64,000 nt of DNA from the human T2T-CHM13v2.0 reference genome, Homo sapiens. The notes under the pieces are model-generated. The model did no database searches. It was not told the DNA's origin and was given only the letters and a program-made list of their open reading frames with translations. Location: NCBI RefSeq assembly GCF_009914755.1, contig NC_060947.1. One strand, given 5' to 3'. Below are positions 59,570-64,000 of this stretch, one piece after another; positions within the stretch are counted from its first letter, which is position 1, and every line of letters begins with the position of its first letter. The translations under genes were made by a program, and so were the position numbers.

Positions 59570-61390
59570 CTTTTTTAAAAATTATACTTTAAGTTCTGGG
59601 GTACATATGCAGAATGTGCAGGTTTGTTACATAGGCATACATGTGCCATGGTGGTTTGCTGCACCCATCAACCCATCATCTACATTAGGTATTTCTCCTA
59701 ATGCTATCCCACCCCTAGCCTCACATCCCCCAACAGGCTCCAGTGTGTGATGTTCCCCTCCCTGTGTCCATGTGTTCTCATTGTTCAACTCCCACTTATG
59801 AGTGAGAATATGTGGCATTTGGTTCTCTGTTCTTGAGTTAGTTTGCTGAGAATGATGGTTTCCAGTTTCATCTATGTCCCTGCAAAGGACATGAACTCAT
59901 CCTTTTTTATGGCTGCATAGTATTCCATGGTTTATATGTGCCACATTTTCTTTATCCAGTCTATCATTGATGGCATTTGGGTTGGTTCCAAGTTTTTGCT
60001 ATTGTAAACAGTGCTGCAATAAACATACATGTGCATGTGTCCTTGTAGTAGAATGATTTATAATCCTTTGGGTATATACCCAGTAATGGGATTGCTGGGT
60101 CAAATGGTATTTCTAGTTCTAGATCCTTGAAGAATCATCACACTGTCTTCCACAATGTTTGAACTAATTTACACTCCCACCAACAGTGTAAAAGTGTTCC
60201 TATTTCTCCACATCCTCTCCAGCATCTGTTGTTTCCTGCATTTTTTCATATGTTTGTTGGCTTCATAAATGTCTTCTTTTGAGAAGTGTCTGTTCATATC
60301 CTTTGCCCTCTTTTTGATGGGGTTGTTTGTTTTTTTTCTTGTAAATTTGTTTAAGTTCCTTGTAGATTCTGGATATAAGTACTTTGACGGATGGATAGAT
60401 TGCAAAAAGATTCTCCCATTCTGTAGGTTGCCTGTTCACTTTGATGATAGTTTCTTTTGCTGTGCAGAAGCTCTTTAGTTTAATTAGATCCAATTTGTCA
60501 ATTTTGGCTTTTGTTGCAATTGCTTTTTGTGTTTTATTCATGAAGTCTTTGCCCATGCCTATGTCCCAAATGGTATTGCCTAAGTTTTCTTCTAGGATTT
60601 TTTATGGTTTTAGATCTTATATTTAAGTCTTTAATCCATCTTGAGTTAATTTTTGTATGAGGTGTAAGGAAGGGATCCAGGTTCAGCTTTCTGTGTATGG
60701 CTGGCCAGTTTTCCCCTACAAGATTTATTAAATAGGGAATCCTTTCCCCTTTGCTTGTTTTTGTCAGGTTTGTCAAAGATCAGAGGGTTGTACATGTGTG
60801 GTGTTATTTCTGAGGCCTCTGTTCTGTTCCATTGGTCTATATATCTGTCTTGGCACCAGTATCATGCTGTTTTAATTACTGTAGCCTTGTAGTATAGTTT
60901 GAAGTCAGGGAGTGTGATGCTTCCAGCTTTGTTCTTTTTGCTTAGGATTGTCTTGGCTATGTGGGCTCTTTTTTGGTTCCATATGAAATTTAAAGTAGTT
61001 TTTTTCCAATTCTGTGAAGAAAGTCAATGGTAGTTTGCTGGGGATACCCTTGAATCTATAAATTACTTTGGGCAGTATGGCCATTTTCACCAAATTGACT
61101 CTTCCTATCCATGAGCATGGAAAGTTTTTCCATTTGTTTGTGTCCTCTCTTATTTCCTTGAGCAGTGGTTTGTAGTTCTCCTTGAAAAGGTCCTTCACAT
61201 CCCTTGTAAGTTGTCTTCCTAGGTATTTTATTCTCTTTGTAGCAATTGTGAATGGGAGTTCTCTTATGATTTGGCTCTCTGTTTGTCCGTTATTGGTGTA
61301 TAGGAATGCTTGTGATTTTTGCACATTGATTTCATATCCTGAGACTTTGCTGAAGTTACTTATCAGCTTAAGGAGATTTTGGGCTGAGAC
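59570..61390 (-). mobile_element. 5'-truncated L1PA (PA7/8-like), 3' ~1.9 kb, with a small internal deletion near 60238
   Basis: L1 3'UTR and ORF2 pieces [45 protein letters not shown]. Confidence 0.93.
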
Positions 61391-62300
61391 ATACATGGAT
61401 TTTCCATTTATTCAATGGTAGCTCTGATAGCAACAAATTCTTTTAATTTTCCTTCATCTGAAAATAGCTCTCTTTCTCATTTATTCCTCGAGGATAGTTT
61501 GCTAGATATAAAAATCTCAAGTTCTTTTCTTTTAAAGCATGAAAAACACATGAGTTTTATTTGGCCTATGTTGTTTAATCTCATTTTATTGCTTGAATTG
61601 GTGTTTGCTTACAGGTATGTTGATTCTCTCTGGCTGCTTTCAAGATTATTTGTATGTGCTTAGTTTTTAGCTTAATTAAGTATTTTATGTCTTAATATAA
61701 GTTTCAATGGTGTTATGGGAGATTAACTCAGCTTCTTGAATCTGTTAATCTCTATATTTTACCAAATAGGGGGGTGTTTCAGCTATTACCATTCCTGCTA
61801 CTTTTTAATGTTTTGTCATTGTCTCCACATTTCTCTCAGTCTCTGTTCATATTTTAAAATCTATTTTCTTTATATTTCTTATATTTTGTAAATTTTATAA
61901 ATTCTACTGGTTTTTCTTCAAGTTTACTAATTCCATCTTCTATGACACTCTATTTTTAGCCCATCCAGAAAGTATTTGTATTCCTGCTAATGTATATTTC
62001 AGTTATTATAATTTCTATTTAATTTTCATTTTATAACCTATTCATTTGCTTAAATTCTTATTTTGCCTCAAAAATTCATGTTTTTGAGGCATTTTTATGA
62101 CATCTGTTTTAAAATTCTTGTTAAAATTTCAGCATTTGATTTGTCTCAGTGTTAGGATCAGTTGACTGGTGTTTCTTATTCACATTGTGGTTTTCTTTGT
62201 ACCTGGTATGATGGTTGGTTTTCAATTGTATCCTAGACATTTTGTCTATTTTGTTAGGAGACTGTATTCTATTTAAATCTTTAACTCTAGCAATGAGTCA
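61391..62300 (-). mobile_element. Old L1M ORF1-region fragment
   Basis: aaggatagttt-like gaggatagtttgctagatata, tcagcttcttgaatctg, tttcagctatta, ttcttcaagtttactaatt. Confidence 0.6.
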
Positions 62301-64000
62301 CTATGTTTAGGTGTAGCACTCAACTGTTGGCCTATTTTTGTTAGCTGTGATTCTGAGGACAGATTAATTTTCAAAGCCTTTGTGGTGCTATTATGGTTTG
62401 CTTTGTTTATCTTATACATCTGGGGTTCCCAGTGTCCCTGCTTGTTCTGCCTGAGAGTATGAAAAGAGTCTCCCAAATGACACATCTTTATTTCTCTAGG
62501 TGGTGTAAGAGATTCTCCAGGCAAGTCCTCTGGAACTGAATGCTTTAATTTGGGCAGTTTGTTGTGGGAACCCTCTTTATAGAAGACACAGAAAAAACTT
62601 CTAAACCGTTGTTATGGCAGAATGCACTTTTTTGGAGCCAACTTGCTGCCTGGTGTCTCAGTGGTAAAAAAGAATTTCAGGAGCAATAGGAGGGGGGAGA
62701 GCTTTCCTGTCCCAGGTTGCTGTTTTGGTCAAATTATCTTTGCTGATAATCCTAGCTTGATAGAGTTGACCAAACCAAAACATTGCTTAGGTGAGAATTT
62801 TCCTAAAAAAATAAATATTTCATGAATAAATTATATTAAATTATAACAAAGTATTTAGAATGATTAAACATTTTTAAGAGTCTGCAATTACAAATAAATC
62901 ACTGTAGATAAAGAGAGGCCAATTCTTTGAAATGTGAAATATTCCAGGTTAAAAATGCCCTGAGTGACTGAAGCCATGAAGCATTGTTTCTTCATGGAAA
63001 TAGAACTAGGATCCAGTCATAAAGCTATGTAAAACAGCTCTTAAGCTTGTACTCAAGCTTAGAGGTAAGAGAAGTTTTATGTTATGGCCAAGCTGCCTTC
63101 AGCAGATCCTCCATTCATTGAACTTCTTGAAAGACCAGAGGCAAAGAAATCATACCTCCTTCATGTTTTTCTTTCTTAGATGGGCAGTAACAATACAAAA
63201 GAATTGAGAGGTTTGTATGACAAAAAGCACACATTTATCAGATAAAATTTTTAATATAATTTTGAACTGGGAGACTAAAAAATTAATGAACAATTATTTA
63301 GTTGAAACAGTAGTAACTTTGCATTTAAATTATAAAGTAGAACAGTTCATTTCATCATTCCCAGAAAGAGAATAATCTAGATGATAGGGCAGACAGACTG
63401 CTCAAGTGTTAAGGACAAGTGTTTATAGGAGTAAAGTGTAAGGTTAGTATTTTAATGGAAAAGTAATATAATTTGTATTTACAGAGTATTTTACAGATTG
63501 TGGTATGTTTTATATCTATAATCAATTTGGTATAAATTACCATATCCTGTAAATGTCATTACTATTCAAAGGATTGCTGGTTTCAAAGCAACTGAACTTA
63601 AAATTGCAACGTCTGTGTACTACAATGTAAGGAATTTCACTTGTTTATAAGTCCTTTATGCTGTTACTCAGAAAATGTTTACCCCTACTTATTCACTGTT
63701 CTAAGTAACATGGTGATCTTATTTACAACTGTACAGTTGATTATAAGTAGATAATTTAATGAAGAATGGGAGGAGAAAAGGAGAGGGAATCCTAATGTCA
63801 GGCAGATTAAACTCTTCACTATAAGACAGAATACAGAGTTGAACAAGGCCTAGGAGCAAGGAACCCCATTTCCTAGAGGAAATAAGGATACCTATTGGGG
63901 TTTAAATATGATTACTACAATAAAAGGAAGTAACACTCCATGAATATGTGGGTGAAAACATGGCGGAGCAAAGAAAGAAGATAGGCCTAGAACACTGTAT

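Noticed and set aside
42099-61390. Idea that the minus-strand L1 5' half (42.1-45.4 kb) and 3' part (59.6-61.4 kb) are one element
   Set aside because: The order is wrong for a minus-strand element and over 1 kb of ORF2 is unaccounted for; independent insertions are simpler

Overview
Primate (very likely human) Xq21-type, AT-rich, repeat-dense DNA. The only host protein-coding sequence is the single coding exon of TENT5D/FAM46D (non-canonical poly(A) polymerase, + strand, 12086-13255), with a probable upstream non-coding exon and a 3'UTR ending near 14.86 kb. The rest is a layered transposable-element landscape: the 5' end of an ERV1 provirus with a tRNA-Gly-type PBS, three Alus, MIR/MER5A/MLT2/THE1 elements, a full-length decayed L1PA7/8-type LINE, a 5'-deleted HERV-K(HML-5)/LTR22 provirus, a 5'-deleted ERV1 provirus (gag-pol-env-LTR) and MER4-group remnants. 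The most unusual structure is a ~2.2 kb multi-layer fold-back (29.6-31.8 kb). It has 625-bp near-identical inverted arms, older nested inverted copies and a ~500-bp almost pure A/T core, and it grew inside the (TA)n tract of an MLT2 LTR. Smaller fold-back palindromes occur at 7.9 kb and 46.0 kb. Other oddities are a small two-transmembrane ORF between ERV pol and env, a 168-bp duplication I cannot assign to a TE family, and an unexplained ~2.4 kb segment ending in poly(A). No prokaryotic-type features were found. Repeat subfamily names come from memory of consensus sequences and all identity counts were made by eye.
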